DNA of 64,000 nucleotides from Trichosphaerium sp. ATCC 40318 (taxonomy: Eukaryota; Protista; Tubulinea): the NCBI GenBank assembly GCA_038496445.1, contig JALMLS010000281.1:1-64000 (forward strand), read 5' to 3'. A program made the position numbers and the translations under genes. Within the stretch, counting starts at the first letter, position 1. Every line of letters begins with the position of its first letter. The notes below the pieces were generated by a model. It made no database searches. It saw nothing but the letters and a program-made list of their open reading frames with translations, and was not told the DNA's origin. Shown piece by piece: positions 26,321 through 38,752 of the stretch.

Positions 26321-28055
26321 ATGAAAGTGCCTCGTAGTCGATTAATAGCGAGGGCGTTGCTATTGGTTGTAGTATGTCTTGTGGTCTTCCAATACTTCTT
26401 CTTTTTAATGTGGGAGTCAGACAAACATGATACAACACCGTTTAAAAAGGTTACGCCTGAAGATTCTTTTAAATTGTTGGTTGACTTCTGGGACGTTCCT
26501 GGTGGTTATCAGTACGTTAATTTATCTTTTTATACGCGTAATCACGTGATTAGAAATGGAAATAACTTCAAAACGTGTTTTGGGCATAGAACTGTTGATG
26601 AAAAGAGGCAATCATCTTATCTTGTTATTGATGCTTCTCAATTTGGTAGCAATAAAATTGAACACGTGTCAAGTCAAGTTTATAATTATTGTTAGGACCT
26701 GGTCTTGAAGTGTATAGAAAACCGCCTTATTTACCTAACAAAAGATACGGACAAGTATGGGTTGTATTAACTGATGAAAGTGTACCACAAGATGTACTGG
26801 ATGATCCTCGTTTGAGAAACAATATTGATGCAATTATCAATGTTTCTAAAGAATGTGACCAACAAAGAGGTCTATTTTATGATAGTTCTATTCAATGCAA
26901 GTGTGTAATTAAACTGTTAAAGAGTATTCATATTCCAAAGAAGGAAGTAGAACCTCACTATCAAAAACACTATGCAAAGTTTGATGGTAGCACTAAAATT
27001 AAAGTAAAAGATAGATTTTTCTTGGAAGACATTTCACAATTCAGTATTGCAGTTATGCACCTGCTATCCTTTCAACAAACTAATTGAGGGTTTTTTGTAG
27101 TGTTGGATACGTGCCTCAAAAACAACAGATGGCATGGTCCTTTTATCTAAAAGAGGCGATGATATAAAAGGGTTTAAGCTTAGCATCAAATCTCTTGACA
27201 TGTACATTTACACCATTTTTTAATTAGCTGCCTCTGTTTTTAATAACATCTTGCATCTCTAGGTCGCAATTCATATTGCAACTTTGTTGTGGCTATGCAT
27301 GCAAGCACACTTAGATTTTCATGCGTTTTCTTATTTTGACTTTAGGCTGGCACTCTCAACGAGCAATGTTTGTCAACAGGTATACTATGGTGACTCACTA
27401 TTATATAAATACAACACAAGAATATCTCACTTTAATTAAAGGTGGTATCATATTGCAGCATCTTATGACTTTAAGAACAAGAAGCTATTTTTTTACACGA
27501 ATGGACTTGGGATTAAAAGGTACCAACCACATCATTACTGTTCCACAATAATCTCAAAGTTAGTCACGTCTATGCTTGGCTTCCAGTAGAATACACTAAA
27601 GAAAGTTTATACATTGGAGGTACACACTCAGATGAACCAAATTGGAATGTATGTTGTACTACTTTAAGTTCTAGTCTAATACTTTTGTAAGGGCGACTTG
27701 GTATGTACATGGCGCTCACAATGAACCTTGTACTTTGTTAATGTTTACCAAGGATGAAATAAGTGTTTGGAATACGTCTCTCACAGAAAAAGATGTGCAA
27801 CAAGTATTTATATATAAAACCAAACAAACTTATGACTAACTTGAGCAATAGCTTATGTTTCGTGATGTGTCATCTATAAGAAAAGGTTTGGTTGCTTCTT
27901 GGTCTTTTGATAAAAAGGTAAACTCTTAGCACAGGGTCATTGTTTCTTATATTGTTTAGGCTGTTGGTGGATCCTTGGAATGTGACCAGCCTCCATGTAG
28001 TTTACGAAGGTTCAAAGACATTGGAAAACCGCTAAACCTTAATCCTTTTCTTTAA
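26321..28055 (+). CDS. Type II membrane protein with C-terminal LamG/concanavalin-A-like domain
   Basis: N-terminal TM anchor; FSIA-CWIR, RWYHIAASYD..KLFFYTNG, WNGDLDEISVWNTSLT, GLVASWSFD. Confidence 0.7.
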
Positions 28056-29179
28056 ATATTCTCAACATCTGAGGCTCTTGCTGCTTTCATGATTTTTAAG
28101 TTTACTACAAGTTCTTATTCTTACTACAAAAATCAATCGTAGTGAACAGTTTCAAACTTTGTTGTTGCTTTTTTTCGTGGTAAGCATGAATGAAACAGAT
28201 TCAGACAGAATTGTTCTATGAATAAAGTCATTGCTTGGATTATTTCCCAACTCCATCATGTTTCATAGGATAACTGGACTTTGGCGGCACAACAACAGGT
28301 TTTCAACATCAATGTTATTTCTGTTCCTAAGCTGCAAGAACTATCTGTCAACGTTTATTAAATCAGCACTAGTATACACGTTAGTTCCTATTGAAATAGT
28401 TTAACTCGGCTATACAACTTTCCATTACCAACAAGTCACCATGTAGTTGTTGGTAACAATGTCCTAAAACCGCGCATAGGTTAATTTCGTTTCCGGTAAG
28501 CACATGTGCGGCCCACTTCTAGAAGAGGTGTTATGGCTTTAAAAATCATACTCTGCTGTCGTCTAAATCTACATAAACTTTATACACGCCCATGCGTACA
28601 CTAGCGAAAAACTGACAGTTTCATATTTTTCTAGTTTTCTTTTGTGAACTTAACCTTTCAAAGAATATAATAATATGTAACAGCTTTACCTCTCACGTAG
28701 AAAAACGCTTTAAAACAACGTTTATATTGTCGTAAGAGTACGCTGTTATTACTTTAAAATGGTCCTTACTGAAAACTGACAGCCATAATTTTGAACGTAT
28801 ATTAGCAATCATTCAATGTCACGTGTTATGAAGCGACGTTTTTTTATTGTAAACATTGTTTTCACTTGTCGCTTGAAGTGATTTCTAGCAAAATTGTATT
28901 TAAAACTCTGCTCTGTTCCAACAGCTGTCTTGAAGGAGTTTTTTGTGTGCACTACTATCGCTCGAAACTAGCTGCTACCAAAGACCTACAACAAGGCGCC
29001 CCACAACTCTACTACACACAACGTGTAGTTCAATACTATCTACACTATAAAGCGAGCAGCCTGTCAGCTAATCATCAAAGGTAGACTAAAAAGAAAAGTT
29101 ACCAGTACACAAAACTTAACTATGTAAGTTCTGTATCTTCATTTGTAACTCAAACACTCGTCAACAACAACTCATCATC

Positions 29180-30141
29180 ATGCAATACGAAGGACAGCAA
29201 CAAATCAGCCCATCCCAGCCCGGATACGGTGGAGGTGCTTGTCACTTTCTAAGATACGAAATTAAGCCTAAAAGCTTGATATCACGTTTCAATGCAGCCT
29301 ATTTCTGTACTATCCTGAAGGTAGTAATTACGAAAGAACACTTAATAATTACTGTTGACGTAAAAGGCAACAACAGTTTGGGTCCTATTCAGGCACCACA
29401 AGGTACAATCAACTGTTTTACATGTAATTTTTTAGATTTCTAACTCAGCCACAGCAAGCAAATTGCGTTGCACTCTTGGGTGCCAAACGCAAACGTGTAA
29501 ATGGGTATCTACACGTGGTACCCAAACGAACGTTTGCGGGGATTTGTACTTTGACCTCAAAGGATATCTGTGCTCGTCACAGCCGATGACTATTAACTTC
29601 TACTTTGGATCTTCTGGGTACTTACGCTTTTCAGTTTTTGTCTTTAATGATTTTGATAGCTATGCTCCTGTTCCTATTCTCGCTTATGATCCATGTACCA
29701 AAGGTGTCACCATCTTACCGCAATGTTAAGTTCGTTATCTTAATAAACTCATCACTAGACTTCGTTACAACTTGTAGTCCTGTGTTCACTGTTGAGCTAA
29801 ATTAGACCACATCCTCAATCAACCAAAAGACAGTCAATTTGTTGTGAAAAACTGCCGAAAAATTCATATGTTAATAGCACCAAGATTGATGGCATCCGCT
29901 AGACATGCAAACTTTTTCAACTGTCAATAGGAACACAACCAATAGACGCTCCAACTCAACCGTCAATGGGGTCACCAGCACTCATCCAACCTACGCTCCC
30001 TTCATTGCACCTACCAACAGTCCATCACAACATTACCCTATTTGTTGTGTTTTATCATTTCCTCTTCCACATTCTGGAAGCAGCCCTGAATGCCGTCTTT
30101 ACTATTCTTCAGCTCGTACTTTCAATAACGAGGGACTGTAA
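29180..30141 (+). CDS. Hypothetical Cys-containing protein, possibly degraded
   Basis: Successive short ORFs separated by intron-like GT..AG segments, plus a Pro/Thr-rich stretch; no clean full model could be built. Confidence 0.3.
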
Positions 30142-30360
30142 TGCAGCTGCTATCTTGTTTCAAGAGATAGAACATGCGTGATTAGCTTGTTCTCCCAAAA
30201 ATAAACGACACTCAACTCACAGTCAAACAGTTTTATCTTTGAAATGTTACATTTACAGTCAGATAACACAGTATTCAATGATTACATGTAAAGTAACTTG
30301 AGAGCCAAATGACTTAGTATTTTGTTCCTTTGCTAGCGTATCTTCCAATCACGTGGATGT

Positions 30361-31821
30361 TTACCTATACTTTTTGTATGGTAAACACCCTACCCATTGA
30401 GACGAGATGACATTAATATTATGGAAGCTAATGTAGTTTTGTACATTGCAACTAATTGAACAACCAGCAAGCTGAATGTTGCAGAGGCCGTGTTGGTGTA
30501 ATTCTTCAATGCATTCACCGGTCACATTTACACATCCTCTAAGCCCAAGAGTATGAACACCTTTTAATGCTTTGATGCCTTCATCCGTAACTGAAGTGTT
30601 TTCATCGAGCCAAAGGATATGAACGCCTGTTAACGCCTTCATCCCTTCATCTGTTATTTGGTCACAACTGATAAGGGTAATAGTATGAGTGCCTTGCAAT
30701 GATTTGATATTCTCATCAGTGACATTTGTAAAAGTGAGGCAAATATCATGAACGCCTTTAAGTGCTTTCAAACCTTCTCCAGTGATGTATTCACAATCTT
30801 CAATAGTAATATGATGTACACCTCTTAAGTGTTCAATACCTTTGTCAGTAATTGGGCAACCATCAAGTAAAATACTATGAACACCTTTCAGCGGTTTTAA
30901 CCCTTCATCTGTAATCGAGGTGAAGCAAAGATTAATCTCATGAACACCTGCTAATGCTTTCATAGCTTCATTTGTAATATTCTCACAACCCTGAAGAGAA
31001 ATAGTTTGGACACCAGCAAGTGCTTTAATGCCTTCATCTGTAACTTGGTTACAACCATCAAGAGAAATGATATGAACACCACAAAGCGCCTTGATACCTT
31101 CATCTGTGACATGAGTACCATAAAGGTGAATGGTATGAACACCTTTTAAAGCTTTTATACTTTCATCCGTCACAATTTCACAGTTTGCAAGATGAATAGT
31201 ATGAACGCCTTTCAAAGCTTTTATACCTTCATCTGTTACCTTTAAACCACTGAGGTTAATGTTGTGAACTCCCCGAAGTGCCATGATACCTTGATCTGAG
31301 GCACGTGTATCACTAATGTTAATGGTATGAACACCTTGTAAAGATTTTATACCTTCATCTGATACTTGCGTTCCCTTAAGGTCAATAGTATGTACACCAC
31401 TTAATGCTTGGACTCCTCTATCCGAAATCTTACTACACTTACGTAGGTGAATATATTGGACACCTGCAAGCGCAACAAGATCATCATCAGTGATAATAGT
31501 ATTACGAACATACGGCATTGAATAGTATTCTGAATCCACTTGCATGTTACGACACCCAGCCAGTAAAGAGTGCAAAGTACATGAGGTATTTGTCCTAAGA
31601 ACTATTTTACTGTTGTCCATGATACCCTTGTACTGTCTAATTTGTAATATATTTGAAAGTGTCACATAAACCTTCACATATCCAACAACGTCGTGAATGA
31701 TATCGGCCATCAAACGGCAAGATTGAGCAACAGATACTCTTGATTTAGATCCAGTGTAGTGTAGGATATTCGAGATTATCTCTGGAGGGAACTCACTGAT
31801 ATTTGGTACTGTGTATGTCAT
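30361..31821 (-). CDS. Intronless F-box + leucine-rich repeat protein
   Basis: ATG at 31821 (MTYTVPNISEFPPEIISNIL...QSCRLM F-box); about 15 VHxIxLxxxxVTDEGIKALxG repeats; paralog of 11886-13043. Confidence 0.9.
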   Translation of the reverse strand: MTYTVPNISEFPPEIISNILHYTGSKSRVSVAQSCRLMADIIHDVVGYVKVYVTLSNILQIRQYKGIMDNSKIVLRTNTSCTLHSLLAGCRNMQVDSEYYSMPYVRNTIITDDDLVALAGVQYIHLRKCSKISDRGVQALSGVHTIDLKGTQVSDEGIKSLQGVHTINISDTRASDQGIMALRGVHNINLSGLKVTDEGIKALKGVHTIHLANCEIVTDESIKALKGVHTIHLYGTHVTDEGIKALCGVHIISLDGCNQVTDEGIKALAGVQTISLQGCENITNEAMKALAGVHEINLCFTSITDEGLKPLKGVHSILLDGCPITDKGIEHLRGVHHITIEDCEYITGEGLKALKGVHDICLTFTNVTDENIKSLQGTHTITLISCDQITDEGMKALTGVHILWLDENTSVTDEGIKALKGVHTLGLRGCVNVTGECIEELHQHGLCNIQLAGCSISCNVQNYISFHNINVISSQWVGCLPYKKYR

Positions 31822-32630
31822 CGTGTTCTGACTTCTTTTCAGAGAACTGTTAGTATTGTCTGTTTCATTCAAGTTTTGAGACAGACTGACTTTTAGCAAA
31901 AAAACTCCAGTTTCTGCCCGATCTGTCAGATCTGACGGATTTGACACTTCTGACAGATCTTGCAAATTGTCATTTTTTTAAATGTGATCTACCCTCACGT
32001 GAATCCAACCATTTCAAACCCACGTGATTTAACAAACCCGTAGCAAAAAATTTTATTTACATATTTGACGCCTGGCGGCATTTACAAAGCCTACAGCAAC
32101 GCTGGTGGTGTTTTGGGGCGGTTTTGACGTTGTTACACCTTCATTGCTGCTTGGATGCTACCATAGCGCTTCTGTTAGCGTGGGGTAGGCGCTAGCGTAG
32201 CGCTAGTAAGTTATACACGTACGTTGATTTTTTGAAGCAAAACATACAGCAAACAGTGTTTTGAGGCATTCATATCGTGTTTGGTAATGCGATAGCTTTG
32301 TAGGACATCATACCTTTTTAATTCGCTTTTAGCGCATTGAACACGTCTGTGGTTTGATCGTACCGTGTACAGTTGGCGTAGGTAAAATACTACGATCATC
32401 TTCAATGGTATGTTGAAACTTACATTGAAAATTTTGCTATCACTTACCGTAAGGTACCTAAGTCATACAATGAAGGACAACATTGTAACACAAATAGTTC
32501 ACATTGTGATAGATCTACACCATTTGACAGAAGTGTCAGATCTTGTTAGATCTGCTAAAAGTGCTAAAAACTCACTTTCTAGAAAATATTAGTAAAACTT
32601 GAATGAAACATACAATAAACGCTAAAACAA

Positions 32631-32913
32631 TTATTGATTTCGTATTTCGCACTCTTTTGTTTGTTTGTGTTTTGATAAACAAATATCCTCAGAGTGCATG
32701 TCATGCTTATTCTGGGCGGAATCTATGAAATCATAGTGCTTGAAGAGTATTTGATCAAGTTTTTGCACAAGATCTGCGTTTACTTCGTTTAACTCACTTT
32801 CAAGCTGTTTAGTGAATGTTTTGTGGTCCTCTGGTTTGAATTTACTCAAAGCGTCTGTGGTTCTTGAGAAAGTAGTTGCGTGCCTGTTCCATAGAAATAA
32901 CAGAAAAACTCAT
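32631..32913 (-). CDS. Small hypothetical helical protein (about 94 aa); sister copy at about 37900-38185
   Basis: MSFSVISMEQARNYFLKNHTDALSKFKPEDHKTF...KECEIRNQ* reconstructed from the two copies, each carrying a different small indel. Confidence 0.4.
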
Positions 32914-32978
32914 TGTTGCGTATAATAAATATAATAAAGGGCGAGTTAAGCAGAATTCCTTACTTAACTGCGCTTTAC

Positions 32979-34160
32979 GGAGATGTACAGAATGAAATGA
33001 ATTGATTCCGAAAAAACACGAAACGTTCCGAAAAAAACACGAAATATTCCGAAACATTCCGTGTTTTTACTGGTAAGTAGATTGCCCTGGACAACCACAT
33101 ATTAACACAGTTGAAGCAAGAACTTTCGGTTGGTTCCAAGAGCATTGTAGTGAGCAGCTGTTCTTGTTCCAAAAAGTGACATAGAAAGAATGAGAAGTGT
33201 CACTGAGACATAGTACAATCAGTGGTTACTGATACGGTGATTTGACTTTCTTTCATTTAGCGTTGTATACACGACTTTCGTAGTTTCTGAGTGTTGGAAG
33301 TGCTCCTTGCTTGTGCTACAGCAAATCAAGATGGTTTTCCGTGCATAACGAGCACTTTCAAAGTGATTCAAAAGTGATTTGAAAGCGCTTTCTTTTCGCT
33401 TCATAACGCCTTGGTAGAAACGCTCTAGAATCACTTGGAAGCGGTTTGAAAGTGATTTGAAAGTGATTCCAAAGCGATTTCTAAGCGCTTTTTTCCTCAA
33501 AGCATCAGTATTGGTTGTAATACATCTGAGGTGCACTTGCGAAATAACAAAATTGCAAAAGGTGCACCTACAGCATCAAGAGATAAAAACTCATGTAGAA
33601 ATCGCTTTGGAATCACTTTCAAATCACTTTCAAACCGCTTTCCAAGTGATTCTAAGGCGTTTCTACCAAGGCGTTATGAAGCGATTTGGAAGTGAAAATA
33701 AAGCGCTTTCATATCAGTTTCGTATCACTTCCAAAGTGATTGTTGTGCACAAAAACCATCTTGAGTTGCTGTAGCACAAGCAAGGAGCACTTCCAACACA
33801 CAGAAACTACGAAAGTCGCGTGTACAACGTTAAGTGAAAAAAACTTCTCCACAAAACCTATCAGGAGTACCAGCGATTTTACTATCTCAATGACATTTCT
33901 TGTTCTTTAGACAACTTCGCAAAATAGTCGCAGTACTGCCTAAATTATCGCGATTGCAAAAAGCTGTTATCAACTTTACTTTTTTTGTTACAAACTGCAC
34001 TGCAATGCTCTTGGAAACTACCTACTAAAAGACCTTGCTTCAACTATATGAGATATGGTTTGGAGATGGTAAAAACACGGAATGTTTCGGAATATTTCGT
34101 GTTTTTTTCGGAACGTTTCGTGTTTTTTCGGAATCAATTCATTTCATTCTGTACATCTCC
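32979..34160. mobile_element. Non-autonomous foldback/MITE-like DNA transposon, 1.18 kb, with 92-bp perfect TIRs
   Basis: 32979-33070 is the exact reverse complement of 34069-34160. The element is absent from the sister copy (empty site tgcgctttaagtacac at 38241-38256). TSD is TA, or TAA with one mismatch. No transposase ORF. Confidence 0.92.
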
Positions 34161-34665
34161 TAAGTACACAATTTATTGAAGCTTGTATCTCTGTACAGTT
34201 ACATAAACAGAGCACAAGGCACCTAGACACATGTGTCACATACGAATCCAGCGAGAAGCTAATAGTAGCGAAGAAGCTAAAAAAGTTGAAAAAATAGACG
34301 GAGAAAAGTACTTTACAGCTTTCAGGCGCATTGCACCTCCAGTTTAATGTCTGTAACAATTTGCGAGTTCGTTTAGATTGTAATAATACTTGCTATAATT
34401 ACTACCTGCATACCGTGCCTTGTACTCACCTTCCATTTTATCATCAACATACTGTAGTTGTTCTTTCAACTGGCCATCTATGCTATTTTTTGCAGTCTCC
34501 CTCTAGCTTGGCTTGTAATTAGGACGTTCACCGCTTATGAGAATAGATGCTTAATACGTGGTTTATGGTTCGCTCCTAACTACCTCTCTGTTATTACTAA
34601 CCTAGGTTTTCCGGGGAGATTAGATTGCTCAAAATTTGAAGACAGGTTTTGTTTTATTTGTTAGT

Positions 34666-36139
34666 TTACATGTTGCACAATAATATTGTTACTGCAATTA
34701 TCAGAGCCCAAATCGGTGACATTACAACACTTCCATGAGAAGTAGAGGTATTGGTAGAGTTATCAGTTGGCTCGCTCATTGGCGTTGGGATTGATGCTGT
34801 TGGCTCTTGTGTTGTGGGACCCGCTGTTGGAGGTTCGGTTGTTGGTGGACCTGTAGTTGTTGGAGCAGATGTGGTTGGGGGATACGTAGTTGGAGGGTTT
34901 GTGGTCGGAGGTACAATAGGTACACCAACAAAAATATACGATCTTTTTGGTTCTTCACAAAACTCTTTTGTGCCATGCCTATTATTTAAACACGTGAGTT
35001 AAATGAAGTTTAAAAAACCCTTATTATATCACGTACAATGAAGATCCTTCGTTTGATCTTAAATCAGTCTTACGATTTTCCACACGACTAACAATAATTT
35101 GTGCACCAATCTCTGCAACACCATTTTTTGCGGCCACTAAATTAAACGAACAGACTTTTTCGGTGTCATCAAGAAGACCATATAACAAATTCATTGTTCT
35201 GATACCATAAGAATAGCTCGTTCCGCAATCAGGGGCTTCTTCTGTATTAAGGACTCCATCAGTAAATTGAGTGATAACAGTAACCAAAAAAGATTCAGCA
35301 TCAAAAGACTTGTAGTTTCTACAGCCAAGTGTTATTTCTAGTCTATCCCCAATTTCTAAGTTTGTAATGTTTGCACCATCAAGAGGTCTATAACTATGCC
35401 TAGTAAAACGATTTAATTAAATACACTATCACACGTGACACTTACCAGCATGATACCACCGGGATGGGACACACATAATCAACTTTAATTTCACCTCCTG
35501 CCTCAGTTGACACGCTGTGTTCAATGTAATCAACGGATCTCAGTTTGTCTATGTTATCTCCATATGGTATACATATATCAACAAGGCCTGTCGTCTGGTT
35601 GTAAAGTTCTGACACTGAACTGTTGAAATGAAGTGAAACGTTTTGTCCTGTTTTAGAATCTCTGAATTTTGCAGAAACCCGAAAAGGTTTTGTATTTTCT
35701 ACAACGCCAAAGCTATAACAACCTTTAAAGAGAGTGTCAGTTAACAGCTTAACTTGTTGTAGTTTAATATGAGCGTACTACGTCCGTTTGTGCCCATGTC
35801 TACAGGAGGATAGAAATTCCCATTATAAATAATATCGCAAGTTGTATTTTCTGCATCACCTGACTTTAGTTCCAAGGCTCGTGAGTTATCTTTGTTTATT
35901 GAGCAACTACTCTCAGATGCTTCTGTATTTCTCTTATTTTCAATAATCGTCCTATGTAAATTCATCTGACGCCTTTCACTAGCTACTGAAGAGGTTGAAA
36001 TTGTATTTGTTGCGCTGTTTGTCGGGGATTGGATCAAAACAGATTGCGTCGCTGTAAAGGGATCAATCACAGCTCCTTTGCTTGGTAAGAATATAGACAA
36101 TAATGCGAATGCATATAGAAGGTGTGACGCTTTCATCAT
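34666..36139 (-). CDS. Secreted, probably GPI-anchored Cys-containing surface protein with Pro/Thr stalk (copy 1)
   Basis: Signal peptide MMKASHLLYAFALLSIFL; exons joined by short introns; PPTTNPPTTYPPTT stalk; hydrophobic C-terminus SPIWALIIAVTILLCNM*. Confidence 0.75.
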
Positions 36140-36528
36140 GGTTTTAAAGCTGTAACTTAATATAAGTTTGATTAAGTGAAATGCAGTTTGCAGTTTCTTT
36201 GTAGTGTTTCACTAGGGACAAACTATAATTTTGTCGACAGAGTCAGTTACTTCATACCGCAGTATTCTTTATACATAGGACTAAATCATCAACACTTGTG
36301 ATCAATAAAGCGAGTACACAAAGCAAAAACGTCATGCACCATAAAAATGACGTACTACACTTTTATTAGGTGGTGTCAGCACTATGATGTTTCATGGGGA
36401 TGATGAAGATATTGTAGAGGAGGAACCAACGCCGGGTATTACCCAAAAAAGACAGTGAGATTAAAATTAATGTTTGAAACAAACCACTTTATTTTAAAGG
36501 TCACGTGTCGGGTAATTTTCAATTACTA

Positions 36529-36791
36529 ACTTGTTTTTTTCGAACAGGGTTATGCTTTTGGTATTTTCTTTTTACAACCTGGTTTCGTAGTAGCTGGGGA
36601 AGTAGTGTTCAGAGACCAAGTACAACAGGTATGTTTCAAAGCGGTTATTTAGAGAACAGATTATTGACCTGAATAGATGCGTCGTGATGGGTTTATGAAG
36701 TTTAAGTTATTGCCGATTTTAGGCGTTATGTGGCCTATAATTATTAATATGCTGTTATTCTTGACATTACCTTACTTTATATGTCACGGCA
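36529..36791 (+). repeat. Inverted ~263-bp patch copied from MARCHF6 sequence
   Basis: Reverse complement of 43268-43535 (and, less exactly, of 37085-37352); it replaces the segment holding the last MARCHF6 exon in this copy. Confidence 0.85.
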
Positions 36792-37717
36792 AGGAAATTA
36801 GGAACGCTCCACTCAGATTGTATAAAACACGTCACGCATGTTCGTGAAAATCAAAATTTAAAAAAACTTGTTCTCAAATATGAAAAGAACTATACCGTGT
36901 ATCCAACAGTGATAACTAAGATGAACGTAAAGGTAACAGCCAGATATGAGTATCTATATATGAAAGAAATGTACCATATAGGGCAATCTGAGTACATGTA
37001 AACAACCAAACAGGTTAAATTGTGAAAACAAAAGAAAACTTGATAATCCAAAACCTCTTTTTGACTTACCGAAAAGGGGTAATATGCCGTGACATATAAA
37101 GTAAGGTAATGTCAAGAATAACAGCATATTAATAATTATAGGCCACATAACGCCTAAAATCGGCAATAACTTAAACTTCATAAACCCATCACGACGCATC
37201 TATTCACAGGTCAATAATCTGTTCTACATAACCACTTTGAAACATACCTGTTGTACTTGATCTCTGAACACTACTTCCCCAGCTACTACGAAACCAGGTT
37301 GTAAAAAGAAAATACCAAAAGCATAACCCTGTTCGAAAAAAACAAGTTAGTAGTGCAAACCAAAAAAATATTAAATAGAGATTTCTTACAGAACCAAGAT
37401 CTATTATTGGCGTCTGATTGATTTGTAGATCCCATTTCAATAATGGTACGAATATTAAAAGCTCTACTATTGCACCAATCAAGAGAGGAATAACAAAACA
37501 GCATAAAACAACCAATGCAACACATTTCGCAGCTTGTGTAAGAACAGTAGCAAGATGGTCTAAACAAACAAACAGTCAAAAAAAAGTGATCCACCACGGA
37601 TTAACGTACCCATTTGCGATTGTGAAAGATACCTCACTAATTGAACTGGACCAAGGATGATTACCCAACTTTAAAACAAAAGGTGTAAGCGAAGAGTATA
37701 AAAAGTATTTAGAGTTT
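36792..37717 (-). pseudogene. Promoterless 3' fragment of MARCHF6 lacking the last exon
   Basis: Near-identical to 42975-43900; truncated at the duplication junction. Confidence 0.75.
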
Positions 37718-38752
37718 AAGGTACCTAAGTCATACAATGAAGGACAACATTGTAACACAAATAGTTCACATTGTGATAGATCTACACCATTTGACAGAAA
37801 GTGTCAGATCTTGTTAAGATCTGCTAAAAGTGCTAAAAACCTCACTTTCTAGAAAATAATAGTAAAACTTGAATGAAACATACAATAAACGCTAAAACAA
37901 TTATTGATTTCGTATTTCACGCACTCTTTTGTTTGTTTGTGTTTTGATAAACAAATATCCTCAGAGTGCATGTCATCTTATTCTGGCGGAATCTATGAAA
38001 TCATAGTGCTTGAAGAGTATTTGATCAAGTTTTTGCACAAGATCTGCGTTTACTTCGTTTAACTCACTTTCAAGCTGTTTAGTGAATGTTTTGTGGTCCT
38101 CTGGTTTGAATTTACTCAAAGCGTCTGTGTGGTTCTTGAGAAAGTAGTTGCGTGCCTGTTCCATAGAAATAACAGAAAAACTCATTGTTGCGTATAATAA
38201 ATATAATAAAGGGCGAGTTAAGCAGAATTCCTTACTTAACTGCGCTTTAAGTACACAATTTATTGAAGCTTGTATCTCTGTACAGTTACATAAACAGAGC
38301 ACAAGGCACCTAGACACATGTGTCACATACGAATCCAGCGAGAAGCTAATAGTAGTGAAGAAGCTAAAAAAGTTGAAAAAATAGACGGAGAAAAGTACTT
38401 TACAGCTTTCAGGCGCATTGCACCTCCAGTTTAATGTCTGTGACAATTTGCGAGTTCGTTTAGATTGTAATAATACTTGCTATAATTACTACCTGCATAC
38501 CGTGCCTTGTACTCACCTTCCATTTTATCATCAACATACTGTAGTTTTCTTTCAACTGGCCATCTATTCTGCTATTTTTGCAGTCTCCCTCTAGCTTGGC
38601 TTGTAATTAGGACGTTCACCGCTTATGAGAATAGATGCTTAATATGTGGTTTATGGTTCGCTCCTAACTACCTCTCTGTTATTACTAACCTAGGTTTTCC
38701 GGGAGATTAGATTGCTCAAAATTTGAAGACAGATTTTGTTTTATTTGTTAGT

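Noticed and set aside
32185-32210. Hairpin GCGCTA-GCG-TAGCGC ending in CTAGT as a Helitron 3' end
   Set aside because: The hairpin overlaps the CTAG instead of lying upstream, and no 5' end or second copy is visible.
33355-33483. Short GAAAGTGATT repeats as a CRISPR-like array
   Set aside because: No unique spacers; they are subrepeats within the transposon arms, in a eukaryotic context.
32975-34297. Small ORFs inside the foldback element
   Set aside because: Mirror-image ORFs produced by the palindrome; no transposase motifs.
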